In this document: positions 51,817 through 64,000 of the stretch, in pieces | Layout: each line of letters starts with the position of its first letter | How positions within the stretch are numbered: position 1 is the stretch's first letter | Assembly (NCBI RefSeq): GCF_006345805.1 | Contig: NC_042997.1 | Coordinates: forward strand, 92,070,001 to 92,134,000 | Source of the DNA: Octopus sinensis | Lineage: Eukaryota | Direction of reading: 5' to 3' | DNA: 64,000 nt | Notes under the pieces: generated by a model | Databases searched by the model: none | What the model was told of the DNA's origin: nothing | What the model saw: only the letters and a program-made list of their open reading frames with translations | Translations under genes and position numbers: made by a program

Positions 51817-52468
51817 GCAGTCATATCCTTGATGTAACACCTAAAGCAATTAGTGAGAAAATGGAACATGTTGGATCACAAGACAACTGGTTGTACTATA
51901 CTAAGAGCATGTTGAATTTTAAGAGGTTGCTTTTAAGTGTAAACATTACATTTTAATTGTACTGATGCCTGTTTTTCAACATTTCTTTGATTTAATCCTG
52001 ATAATGAAATCTGTATTGACGGATGTAGTAGCTACTATTTTTAGCATTGTTGGGAGATAGCAACACATATGAGTGTGTTGTTTGTTACTCTTGTTGTTTA
52101 GAACTACAGCCAGCTCTGATCTGGTTGACCTTTGATCTAAGACATACAATCTCATTTTTACTTTTTTCAGTTAGTGTTTGTGGGCTGCCTTATCCAATGT
52201 CCTTAAAAAAAAAAAAAGGAACAATGGTAGGGTTTATGACATGAGAGAGACTTTGGCTTAAATTTAACAATGTGTTGGAGTACCTTTAAAAGATGGGATG
52301 ATCATGGGTGGAATGTGCCAGTGTATCAGAAAATAATATAATGGTGGGCAACAAACTTAAACAAATGTTATGATACTAGATGTACCCACTATGACCCATT
52401 GGCCCACAACCACTTCAAGTTGAAAATGTTGATGCAAAGCAGGAAAGGTAAAAAATACTATTTCAAAC

Positions 52469-52501
<33 letters not shown>

Positions 52502-52724
52502 GTTTAACGTCCGTTTTCCGCGCTAGCACGGGTTGGACGGTTTCGACCGGGGTCTGGGGAGCTCGGGACTGCCCCAGGCTCCAGTCTAGTCTGGCAGTGT
52601 TTCTACAGCTGGATGCCCTTCCTAACACCAACCACTCCGCGAGTGTAGTGGGTGTTTTTTACGTGCCACCTGCACAGGTGCCAGAGGGGTCTGGCATCGG
52701 CCACGTTTGGATGGTGCTTTTTAT

Positions 52725-53505
52725 GGGGGGGGGGTGCAGAAATATAGGGGAGCACCAGTGGGAGGGGTGGTTCAGAGGACAGGTTCTAGGCAAGTAGAAC
52801 GTAGGATATCGAGAGAGGGGTAATGCATGGTGAAATAGCGTATTGAAGAGGGGGGTTCAAAGAGTAGACACCTATAATGGTGGTGGGGGGGGTGCAGAAA
52901 TATAGGGGAGCACCAGTGGGAGGGGTGGTTCAGAGGACAGGTTCTAGGCAAGTAGAACGTAGGTAGGATATCGAGAGAGGGGTAATGCATGGTGAAATAG
53001 CGTATTGAAGAGGGGGGTTCAAAGAGTAGACACCTATAATGGTGGTGGGGGGGGTGCAGAAATATAGGGGAGCACCAGTGGGAGGGGTGGTTCAGAGGAC
53101 AGGTTCTAGGCAAGTAGAACGTAGGATATCGAGAGAGGGGTAATGCATGGTGAAATAGCGTATTGAAGAGGGAGGTTCAAAGAGTAGACACCTATAATGG
53201 TGGTGGGGGGGGGGGTGCAGAAATATAGGGGAGCACCAGTGGGAGGGGTGGTTCAGAGGACAGGTTCTAGGCAAGTAGAACGTAGGATGTCGAGAGAGGG
53301 GTAATGCATGGTGAAATAGCGTATTGAAGAGGGGGGTTCAAAGAGTAGACACCTATAATGGTGGTGGGGGGGGTGCAGAAATATAGGGGAGCACCAGTGG
53401 GAGGGGTGGTTCAGAGGACAGGTTCTAGGCAAGTAGAACGTAGGATATCGAGAGAGGGGTAATGCATGGTGAAATAGCGTATTGAAGAGGGGGGTTCAAA
53501 GAGTA
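52725..53505 (+). repeat. Tandem array of ~158-162-bp G-rich units (~4.9 copies)
   Basis: Matching anchor (gcagaaat) at 52736, 52894, 53056, 53217 and 53375. Units are nearly identical, differing mainly in G-run length and one 4-bp duplication. Confidence 0.97.
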
Positions 53506-53871
53506 AAAATGGTGGTGGGAGAAACGACATCCGGTATAGTTGGAGCAAAATAGAGATATCCGGTATTGGTGGTGGGGGTGGGTAGGGCGGGCGCGCCGCG
53601 AAGAATCGGCGGCCAATTCTATCAGCCCTGTAAGGGAGATAGATCTTAAATATCTATAACGATAACTAATGAATTATACAGAATATGCAAAAACGAGGCG
53701 AGGCTGAAATAGTAAACAGAGTGGCGACTAGGGGGATCAGAATAATGATACATAATAAATAATAAATAATAAATAGAGATACGGGATGAATTAAAGTTCA
53801 AAGATTTCTTATCTTGGGATCACTTCGTTTACGGACAGACTTGGCAAAAGGAATTCGGAATCAAGAATATG

Positions 53872-54505
53872 CTATAAAATTCTTAAATAACACAGTTCTT
53901 CTGCCTTTGGAGTGACAACATAAACACAACCAAGTGTTTCTTCTTTGAAAATGTTCAAATAGCCTTCAACAATTTTTCCTTACTTTCTTCTTTGCCATTC
54001 TTTGTTACTACTGTTCCAAGTGAAATACATTGGAACTTCAGTATAAAGTAATATTTTTGCAAAGTTATCATTGATGCGCAATGAAAAAAATTCTGTCAAT
54101 TTCTTTCTCATATGTTGTTCATTGACAGCCATATATATCCTCATTATTTCTGATCAATATTCTTTGTTCATCTGGTAGATGAACTTGCAGTCCCACTATT
54201 GCAGGTGCTCTTTCATGAAATGATAATCATAAAATTGATGCAACTGCTTTGGATGGTCCAATATACCTTACCCATTAGATATTGGCTAATTTTGTTGTCA
54301 TTGTTTATTTGAACAACAGCTTAGTCATTTCCTTTCAGCATGTACTTGATGACCTATTTAATTGATCTCACTGAGACGACAATTTCAACGTTGCAGTGGC
54401 ATTTGAAAGCTCTTAAAAGAGTTTCATTATAAGGCACAACCCATTTGTTGTTTGTTTTTCCATTCTTATGAGATTCAACTCATCCCATTGCGACTGATCT
54501 TCATC
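53872..54505 (-). mobile_element. Helitron Rep-domain fragment (pseudogenised)
   Basis: NNKWVVPYNETLLRAFKCHCNVEIVVSVRSIK*VIKYMLKGND, followed by ISQYL.GRYI.....GLQVHLPDEQ and LCYLRIL; classic RepHel motifs (WVVPYN, HINVE, KY..KG.D, GRYIS, VHLP). Confidence 0.88.
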
Positions 54506-55565
54506 TATAAAGAGATAGTCTCTCTGTTTTTCTGTCTTTTGATTAAGATAATAAAGATTGATATTTTATTTTGAATAAAACAGTAATCTTCCCCTTTAAG
54601 AAAAAAAAATATCAAGTACCCATGATTCAAAAATATCTCATAAAAATATTGGGAGAATTTCTATCTTTCAAGTCCATGACACTCCAAAAATTGTATAAAT
54701 GGTTAAGGGAAGAAAAAACGATGGACAGCAGCAGTAGCTGCAATGACTCTTTGCAGTGTCGACGTTTTCAACTTGATTTTTTTTCTTAAAGTGGGAAATG
54801 ACTATTTTATTTGTAACTTTTGTCATCTTAGTCAAATGGCAGGAAAACAAACTGAGTTTTAGTATAATATTAAGATAGATAGATAGATAAAGTGAAAGAA
54901 AATCATTAACAATTGGTAATAATCAGCAATAATCTGCAGTGACTAAACGTCAATAAAGTGAAACTATAGTTTTTATTTTTATTTTTTCAATGAAAATCAA
55001 AAAGTTTCATGTTTATGTATAAGGAAGCATTCATCACCTGCCTAACCAGGACACTGCAAACCATGCTTTAAATGTAGATTCAAGTGATGTAACATTACAT
55101 AGAAACTCAATCGAAGAGACATGGGAAGATGTCAGCAATAGGTAGCACGCATAAGTTGGTATCTCCATTTTGATGGGAATTTTAAGATATGTTTTTCTTG
55201 GTACCCTTGGAAATGGCAGGAGTATCTTTTTATCAAAAAGAAATTTTGAAAAATGATGTTTTTCTTTTTTAACTCCACCTCATTCCAACCCCTTTTGGAC
55301 TGATTTTGTTTGATTTTGTGGGTATATGCACGATGAGTGTTTTTCACCCCCACCCCCTTCAGATCGATCTAAGTCGATTTTGTGGCCACCACACATTTAA
55401 CAACGATGGGAAAAACCTTTTCATTAAAAAGAAAGAAATATATATATATTATGCATATAATATATATACAGGGTGTCCCAGAAGTCACACACCATTCTGG
55501 TTTTCATTTAAAATAATTAAAGCATTTTATTTTATTATATTTTTTCAGCATTTGCTGAGGACATT

Positions 55566-55925
55566 TTAGCCCTTGGAGAAGGCAAGGTCCCTAGGAATGA
55601 CAGGGGCGACATATCCATCTATGAACTGTGCAACACCATGGACAACCCTTCCGATCTTTTGGAAACAGAGTTCCCCAATCTGGAAAGTAATTATGCAGAC
55701 ATCAATTGGTTCAGTGAAAGAGCTATCCTGGCCTCCAAAAATGTAGCTGTCAGGGCTATCAACGACCAGCTCATAAGCCGAATTCCAGGTGAGGAGCGTA
55801 TCTACAAATCGATTGACTGGACCTCTGACCCCCAAGACATTGTCAATTACCCTATCAAGTTTCTCAACTCATTGGAACCAGCAGGGCTTCCACATCACAT
55901 TCTTAGGCTAAGGGTTGGATGCTAA
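55566..55925 (+). mobile_element. Helitron PIF1-like helicase fragment
   Basis: ERAILASKNVAVRAINDQLISRIPGEERIYKSID...NYPIKFLNSLEPAGLPHHILRLRVG (cf. RAILAP.N....IN...PGE...Y.S.D...YP.EFLNSL...GLP.H.L.LKVG). Confidence 0.92.
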
Positions 55926-55984
55926 TCAGAAACTTGCTAGTATATATATATATATTGTATATAGATATACATATATATGTATAT

Positions 55985-57817
55985 GTGATGCAGTTTGGGT
56001 TCATGCCAGGGAAAAGCACCACTGATGCTATATTTCTGATAAGAGAAGTACCTAACCAAAGATAAACCTCTGTACCTGGCTTTTGTTGACATGGAGAAAG
56101 CCTTTGACAGGGTTCCCTGATCCCTTATCTGGTGATCAATGAGGAAACTAGGGATAGATGAATGGTTAGTGAGAGCTGTGCAAGCCATGTACAGGGATGC
56201 TGTCAGTAAGATGAGGGTTGGCAACAAGTACAGTGAAGAATTTCAGGTAGGGGTAGTGGTTCACCAAAGATCAGTCATCAGTCCCCTCTTATTCATCATA
56301 GTCCTCCAGGCAATAACAGAGGAATTCAAGACAGGATGCCCCTGGGAGCTCCTCTATGCTGATGACCTTGCTCTCACTGCTGAGTCACTATCAGAAATAG
56401 AGGAAAAGTTTCAGGTGTGGAAGCAAGGATTAGAATCGAAGGGCCTTAGAGTCAACCTAGCTAAAACCAAAGTCTTAATAAGTAGGGAGGCAGACAAACC
56501 ACAAACCCCTTTCAGGTAGATGGCCCTGATCAATCTATAGAAAAGGCGTAGGTAGAAACTCCATAAGATGTACCCAGTGTAAGCTATGGACACATAAAAG
56601 GTGCAGCAATATCAAAGGGAGGCTAACTGGGAAGATAGTTTTTGCATGTGGCAAATGCACAGGTGCTGTAAACACTGAAAATGTGCAGAGAACAGCTTCT
56701 GTCACATTCCAGGGAGAAAAACTACAAGTAGTTGATAGGTAACGGTACTTACAGAACCAAGTCAGTAGCAGGGGTGGATGCTCTGAAAGTGTAGCTGCTA
56801 GAAAAAGAATAACCTGGGCAAAGTTCAGAGATCTTCTACCTCTGTTGGTGACAAAAGGCCTCTCGCTCAGAGTAAAAGGTAGACTGTAGGATGCGTGTGT
56901 GCAAACAGCCATGCTACATGGTAGTGAAACATGGGCCATGACTGCTGAGGACATGCGTAAGCTAGCAAGGAATGAAGCATGCTCCACTGGATGTGTAATG
57001 TCAGTGTGCATACATGACAGAGTGTAAGCATTTTGAGAGAAAAGTTGGATTTAAGAAGCATTAAACGTGGTGTGTAAGAGAGACGACTGTGCTGGTATGG
57101 TCATGTGTTGCGAATGAACGAGGACATCTGTGTGAAAAAGTGTCGCACCCTAATAGTTGAGGGAACCTGTGGAAGAGGTAGACCCAGGAAAACCTGGGAT
57201 GAGGTTGTGAAGCATGACCTTCAAACATTGGGTCTTACCGAGGCAGTGACTAGTGACTGAGACCTTTGGAGATATACTGTGCTTGAGAAGACCTGACAAA
57301 CCAAGTGAGACCATAGCTCATGGCCTATGCCAGTGGGTGTAACCAGCCCATTTATGAATACCCCTCATTCATTGGACAATAAACCTTGCTTGTGAAGACA
57401 TTGAGGCAAGTTAAATCAAAATCAAAATTGCTGATGTGGCTGATGACAGTACCGCTTGATTGGCACTCGTGACAGTGGAACATTAAAAGTACATCCAAAC
57501 ATAGGGTGTAACCGGGCCACTTATGAGTACCCGTCATTCATTGGACAATGAACTTTGCTTGCAAAGGCCTATTGAGGCAAGTGTAAACAAATCAAAATCA
57601 CTGAGGTGGCTGATGACATTACCACCTGATTGGCTCTTGTGCTGGTGGCATGTAAATGCAACCACTACACTCTCGGAGTGGTTGGCGTTAGGAAGGGTAG
57701 CCATCTGTAGAAACTATGCCAGATCAGATTGAGCCTGGTGCAGCCTGTGGCTCACCAGTCCTCAGTCAAACCGTCCAACCCATGCCAGCATGGAAAGTGG
57801 ATGTAAAATGATGATGA
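55985..57817 (+). mobile_element. RTE-clade LINE, 5'-truncated, with 3' UTR and (TGA)n tail
   Basis: AFVDMEKAFDRVP, VHQRSVISPLLF, LLYADDL, GLRVNLAKTKVL, MLHGSETW, R.RPRKTW. The 3' UTR has a ~170-bp internal duplication and the tail shared with the SINEs. Confidence 0.93.
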
Positions 57818-57854
57818 GGATGTATATATATATAAATATATTATATAGACATAG

Positions 57855-58702
57855 ATAGATAGATAGATAGATATGTAGAAGGGTGAAAAGGAACACATGA
57901 GTTGATATATATGGAAAAAAAGTTAAGGTAGAAAATGCAAAAATAATCTTAGAAAAAAGCATTTCAGTACCGGTTTCAGTCATTGGCACTTTTTCCACTG
58001 TTAAGTATGGAAAACAATTAAATTTTGGAAAAATTAAAAGAAATGTTTTTTAAAAGAATATTTGCATAGTATGCAAATACAAGGGACATTTTCTTTGTTT
58101 CTGCCTGTCTCTGTCTCTCTTATTTACTCTTGTGGATTTGAGTTGTGAATTCTTGGCAGGGAAGAAGAAGGAGGTGGAGGAGGAGGAGAATAATAATGCG
58201 GTAGTGGTATGATAGTAATAGGATGTTAAATGGTCAAGTCCCCTGAAAGTGACTAGTTGTGGATGGTAGTAGTGATTGAATTCTTGAGATATCTCTTTTG
58301 AATGTTTTGTTTATAAAATTTGCATAGGTGTTATTCTGAACAGCAATAATGGTAAAGTTAGGAAGGAGGTGGCGGAGAGGAAGATGAAGAATAAGAAGGA
58401 AACAGATAAGGGAGAATATGAAAGGAATGTAAGTGGTATGATAGTAGTAGGATGTTAAATGGTCAAGTGACCTAAAAGTATTTCGTTATGGATTATAGCA
58501 GTGATTGGGACTGTTTTTTTAATGAATTCTTGGGAATCTCTTGAGTGTATCATTTTTAATATTTGCATGTGTGTTTGTGTTATTCTAAGGCTGTGGTGGA
58601 TATGTCGTTTGTTGTAGATGTGTTCAAAAGGGGTCTGTATTTTGTATTGAAGAGAGCCTAGCAGTTAGGGTTCATAGCTGAGATTTGAACCCTAACTGCT
58701 AG
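57855..58702 (-). mobile_element. PLE 3' end/pLTR fragment
   Basis: Minus-strand IQNTDPFLN-type C-terminus, a hammerhead-like motif at 57965-58000, and a 17-bp hairpin at the truncation junction (58658-58702). Confidence 0.55.
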
Positions 58703-58899
58703 ATATTTGATCACCATCACAAGAAAGCCACCTCAGTTTCATATGCTTGATCTATAAATTAACCAATCGGTGTGAAGCTATGGTATGATATGGTTTTCTT
58801 GATTGTTCTAGAATTTATTTTGTTCCCCTACAAAAGACCAGCTTGGTACTTTGGCTCATTGCAAAGCATTGAAAGAGGCTTACTGAGTCATGCACCTTC

Positions 58900-59690
58900 T
58901 CTCTTGCCAAACAGAAAGTTCTGGACATTAGGACAGACTACACCAGATTCTGCTTAGGAGGTTGTGTCCTAGCATATGTGTTGCTTCTTTTAGTTTTCGT
59001 ATTTTCCAGTGGTGTTCTCTGTCTATTATTTTTACTTCATCCCACTGGGGGAGGTAGTTTCCATTTTTCTATACCTGATTTATCAATATCTCCTTGTGTC
59101 ACAGTCTACCCTTATTTTGAGGGGATGGCATGTTTCGTCTTGTATAACCTACCACAGCTGCATGGGATGGAGTACATGCAGTTTTTAGTTTTACTCAAAG
59201 GAAATATTTGCGAAGTGTTGTATTACTCTTGAATACTGTCCTGATGTCATATGGGCTGCATATCTTTTGTATCTTTTCACTGAGGCCTTTCACATAGGGT
59301 AGACAGACTGTGGACAGTTTATTGGTTTCATCCTCTCTTTTCTTCACAACTGGAGTGGATAGTATGTTTTGAGGGTAGTTGTTGCTTAATAGATTGTTAC
59401 TGAGCTTGATCATTTCTTCGTGGTGGGTATCACATTCGCTACTTGTATTCTTTGCTCGATGTTTTAGGCACTGAGCAATCCCTCTCTTACAGTGTATAGG
59501 TGGTGGGAATTGAAGTTGAGGTATTGTCCAGTGAAGGTTGGCTTGCAGTCTACAGATGTCTTGGATCCATACTTGGTGCATGTTATTAATACGTCCAGGA
59601 ATGCTAGCTGATTGTCTTTTTCCTTTTCCATTGTGAACTGTATGGAAGGCTTTATTGAGTTCACAGGATCTAACAGCACTTGGATATCTT
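58900..59690 (-). mobile_element. PLE (Penelope/Poseidon-type) RT thumb plus GIY-YIG fragment
   Basis: IQFTMEKEKDNQLAFLDVLI, KPTFTGQYLNFNSHH, HRAK, YPQN, LPYVKGLSEKI, MYSIPCSCG, WDEVKIIDRE..WKIRKLKEA. Confidence 0.92.
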
Positions 59691-59714
59691 GGTGGGGTCA
59701 GAGTATAGCATCAT

Positions 59715-59850
59715 AAAATAACTTAGGAATGGGAACCCAGGTTCGAAATTTCCCCACGACATCTGATGAAGGCTGGAGGGTATATCAGCTGAAACATGTT
59801 AACAACAAACAAGATGAGGACAAATATCTGTCAAATGTAAATAATGTACT
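59715..59850 (+). mobile_element. Inverted PLE terminus carrying a CUGAUGA hammerhead-like motif
   Basis: ctgatga-a-ggctg(gagggtatat)cagct-gaaa at 59763-59794, immediately beyond the 5' truncation point of the minus-strand PLE. Confidence 0.6.
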
Positions 59851-60387
59851 CAGACAGACATATTCTGAATATTCACACAATGTCTCATAAGTAATTTCTA
59901 TGGATGTGGTGCAGTTTTTTACTCTCTCCCATTTGGCAATTATTAATATAATTCATTGTAAATAGCCAACACCAAATATCAATATGTCTTGCAATAAATA
60001 TTAAGTTAAATGTTCAGGAGTTTGCTTCAGTTATTATTCTTGCAACCAATGACATCCACATGTACACTATACAGTGTTAACAAAGCTATCCACTTTGGCA
60101 ATGACAATGTATAGTTCTGAAGTATATCTTCATTGATCAGTTCAACTTATGCAGATCTTGTGTCAAGAGCATCAAACAAACAACTATTATGGCTCATGTT
60201 AATTCTAAATCTTTACAATTTCTAAATTAATACATATTTAATGGGCTATTCATCTAACTTCAAATATAACTGAAATTCATAGCAAAATACAGGATTTGTT
60301 ATAAAAAAAAGTTTATATTTTTATACAAACAAAATAGACACACATGACACACATGAAATTTCTTTGTCTATTTTTTATTCAATAAAG

Positions 60388-60609
60388 TTGGACGAAATTA
60401 AATCATAACAGCCTTGTAACCAATCAGGTTTTTAGACAAGCACTGAAGACTGTCTTCATGAAGTGTGTCGAGGAAAAGTCTGATGGAACCCATCTTTCAA
60501 CAATTACACTTACAGAAACAAGATACAAGTTAAATATAAATGGAACTGTGAATAAAACTGGGTGCAGATTTGCCAGGAGCCTACAAGCTCTCAGTGGTGT
60601 TAACATTAA
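60388..60609 (+). CDS. Candidate coding exon of an unidentified plus-strand gene
   Basis: 222 nt (phase 2-2), pyrimidine tract plus AG at 60387, donor gtatat, and 73 stop-free codons in very AT-rich DNA: WTKLNHNSLVTNQVFRQALKTVFMKCVEEKSDGTHLSTITLTETRYKLNINGTVNKTGCRFARSLQALSGVNI. No family recognised. Confidence 0.35.
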
Positions 60610-63600
60610 GTATATGTATCAGAATTTAAAAAAATAATTGATATTTTAAAATCAAATAATTGAAATTTAACTAAAAGTCATGAAATGTACCAAAATAAAT
60701 TTTATTAGGTGAAACAGTAGGTGTAGTGATTTACACGTCTGTGATAGATACAATTTTATAATTGAAGATAAAACTGTTGACTTAAAAATTAGGGCAGCTC
60801 AAAATGAAAGATACTTATTGAAAAGAAAGTTACCAATAATCAATAAATTAGTCATTTTGCCTCAGCCAGCAATGAGAATTTGTCAAATAAATTATGTATA
60901 TCCAAATATTTTTAATTACACTGTCTAACTGAGAAGATCAAGTTGTACAAGATTTAGTTCTTGTTAATTGAAAAGGAAATATATAAAAGTTATAAAAAAT
61001 TAATTTTAAGAGCTGTTTTATTTTAATTTATTTATGTGTAAAAACTAAAGTAAATGAAAAACTGTAAAATACCAAATTTGGAGATTCTGAAATTTGTACA
61101 AATTAGATTATTTCTTTATTTGAATACATCTCTATCATTACAAAGGCTCTATGATGTTCATGGCTTCTCCAAAGGTATTTAGAGCCAGTATAAGCAAAAC
61201 AACTTCAATTGAGAACCAAAGCCAGATCACTGATTCAGTGTGACCTGAAATCACAGTTGCCCTAAAATGTTTGCTTTATAAGGGTACTGTATGAATTGTG
61301 AGGAGATCAAATTCAGTAGTAAATACCATTCATTAATTTACATGTCCTACTTATCCAGTGCAAACAAACAAACAAACAAAAAGAAAACATTTAGACAAGA
61401 AAATATTTTTCTTTTCAAATAGCACCATAAGTTAGAAATAAATGTATATAAATATGTAAAATTCCTACAGTATGAAATTGAAACCCAAATGTTATATTCA
61501 GTTAGAAGCATTTCATTGTCAAAATTGAGCACAATGATCAGCAGTTTAGGTTTCAACTGGAGCTAAAGACACTTGGTTCTTAAGCAGTCATCCATGTAAA
61601 ACATATCAAAGAGTTGTAAGCCACAAAATTGTGCTGTATGACTTTAACTTTATAATAGTTCCTACAGTTGAAGAATTAATGCAGTATCAGTGAATTTACT
61701 TTTTAAAAGAGGAAAATCCAAGATACAGGATAATTTTGTAATGAAAAGGGGTAAGTTTTTTTTGTTAACTATAAATACAATAGCATAATCAATATGGAAT
61801 TGCTAACACGAAAATTAAATATTTTCAAAGCTACATTTTGAATGATAAAATAATCTACAGAGCTGTTAATATGAAACTAACTGTTGATTTTGTATGACAG
61901 CTACATGATTTTATAATTATAGTTTGAGATGTGTATATTATTTAGTATTTCCCTGAGAGAAAGGTTACGTTTGATTGAAATCTAATTAAAGAGTCCAGTG
62001 AGAGCTGCAAATGGATTTTCCTTTTTATTTATTTAGAGCAGGTTATTTTAAACAATTGACATTGTGAAGTATAAATACAAAGAGATATCATTAAAACTTT
62101 TTTCTTTTTATTTGCTACCAATAGAGGGCTTAATTTTCAGCTGTCATAATTATTTTCCAGTTTGGTCAAAATGAAAAATGTTACCAATTAACAATTATTT
62201 CCAAACAGAGAGAAAAACATTTCTCATGAAATTCTTAAAAAGACACGACTATTTCCCAGATGATACATTTGTAATGGACAGAGTACTAAATAACACTCAA
62301 TAATAATGCTTCACAATAAAAACTGTAAAATAAAAATAAACTTATAAAAGTATTACAAAAAAAAATCATGAGACTAGAATACATAGACTCATTTTATACT
62401 TTTCTCAATCAAGTGTTAACAGAGGTTAAAAAAACCCCAGAGAATATTGATTTCTTTGGACTAAGCACCAAAATCTTATGTTTTGGGAAAGAGAAGAAAT
62501 GAGAAGTTGCGACATGTATGTCTTTCTGAAGACTATTAGTAGTGTAAATGAAAGGAAAGAAAATCCAATCAGGAACTGAAACTGGAATGTGGTTCCAGAT
62601 CACTGGTAGTTTACTTCTTGCTTTACAAAACTCATACCTCTCAGAAAGATTTTTCCAACTTGTAACATTTGAGATAAATATTTAACAATAGAAATAAAGA
62701 CACAAGTGAACAGTTACTGTATGCCATAATGATGAGATCAAGAGTCTACTGAAACTTGAAATTGCATGTTAACAAATTACAGAGTAAAAGGGAGAGAGGA
62801 GTGATAAAAGAGGAGGAATGGTGTAATGCCTGCAAAGTACACTAACACTTAATATGTACTTTATATATACATTTTTTTTCAAATAGAATAAAAGCAGGCA
62901 TATTTAAGAGGGAATGCAAGTTGACATAACAGAGTAACAGTCATACTAAATAAAAACAATATTGGCATTTAGACTTTTCCTTTATCTTTTTGTTTTTGGC
63001 ATAACACGATGAGACAGCAATGTCAGTCTTCAAGTAGTCTTATATGAAGGACATTTTGTATGATGATATTTTTGATAATTTGGAAGAAGGAAAAAAAAAT
63101 GATTGGTAAATTAAAAAAATATGATAAAGAGAAGTGAAAGTTAGAAATGCTAAGAATGTTATTTGGTTCATAAGAAAGCAAAGTTTTTAAAATCAATATT
63201 AAAATAATTTTAATTTGGTTGGTATCATCAATTAAGAAAAAATACATTGAGCTACCTCAACCAAATGAAATAACATCCTTTTTGATTGTGCCCATAAATA
63301 AACACATTCTAGACTACAGCTAGAGAAAAGATATCTGATAGGCAAGTCTACTCTTACTAACACCCACAACCACTTGCTTAATCAGCAAGTTCTATTCTCC
63401 TTCAGCACAATAGCTTTGTGTCAAATATGCATAATGAACATAAAATTTCTTCCTCTTGTCACCCAATCTCTGCACTATAAACACTTTACCAAATCCTATC
63501 TCTTATGAACTACTTCTTTCTGGAACTTCCTCATTGCCCATGTTTACTCTCCAGCTAATTAAAAAACAAAACAACAAACAAAAAAAAAAAACTGTACAAA

Positions 63601-64000
63601 CTTTCTCCACAGTTTAGGGAAGTATTCTTTCTTCTTAAAAAATGAAAACTACAAAAATTTTAATGGCAAAGTTTTCATTTCCTAATCAGTGGGAGTAATT
63701 CTATTATATTGCCATGGATGTTAGAATATATTCTACAAATTTTAAAGCCCTTAGTGCCAACATTAAAATATAGGAACTTTAAATTCATCTAATATGATAG
63801 ACAATACCAAAGCCTGGGTTTGGAAATAGAGAATTTGGAAACGCTCAAAAATTGTGATAACTGTTTATATCATTGTTTGATAAAAACCACATGTTCTTTG
63901 GAAGAATTTTAATATTAATATGAATGCCTTTAAATGACTCAGATTTTGGTATACAGCTCTCACCCCACCAACAAAACACAGACATATTTAGTTTCCTAAT

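Noticed and set aside
52772-53274. Repeated peptide MPRTCPLNHPSHWCSPIF as a protein, or the array as CRISPR
   Set aside because: The unit length is not a stable multiple of three and G-runs vary; there are no unique spacers, no cas genes, and the context is eukaryotic.
63358-63554. Minus-strand exon-like segment with GFGKVFIVQR resembling a kinase Gly-loop
   Set aside because: Two in-frame stops, an incomplete GxGxxG, and no other kinase motifs nearby.

Overview
AT-rich animal genomic DNA. The SINE families, the dense (TA)n/(TACA)n microsatellites and the transposon set point to an octopus or related coleoid cephalopod; this is an inference from recalled repeat sequences, not a database hit. 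One host gene is clearly recognisable: the first two coding exons of a SWEET sugar transporter (SLC50A1-like) on the minus strand at 1.6-2.4 kb, continuing off the left edge. The rest is mostly nested mobile DNA: Penelope-like elements (PLE), piggyBac, mariner and maT, Helitron, hAT MITE, Tx1, CRE, R4-like and RTE LINEs, a solo LTR and many SINEs. The most notable signals are (1) several minimal hammerhead-ribozyme folds in PLE termini, including a pair with a U3-A8 compensatory core inside a 340-bp inverted repeat in the SWEET intron; (2) a SINE > solo LTR > Tx1 nest with the Tx1 at the predicted LTR transcription start; (3) a piggyBac-bounded 2.5-kb composite carrying an 850-bp local duplication; (4) a near-perfect inverted repeat bracketing a candidate promoter at a CpG boundary; and (5) a G-rich 158-bp tandem array next to Helitron remnants. 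There is no CRISPR array, rRNA or prokaryotic system. No novel system is proven; all unusual items are hypotheses with stated tests.
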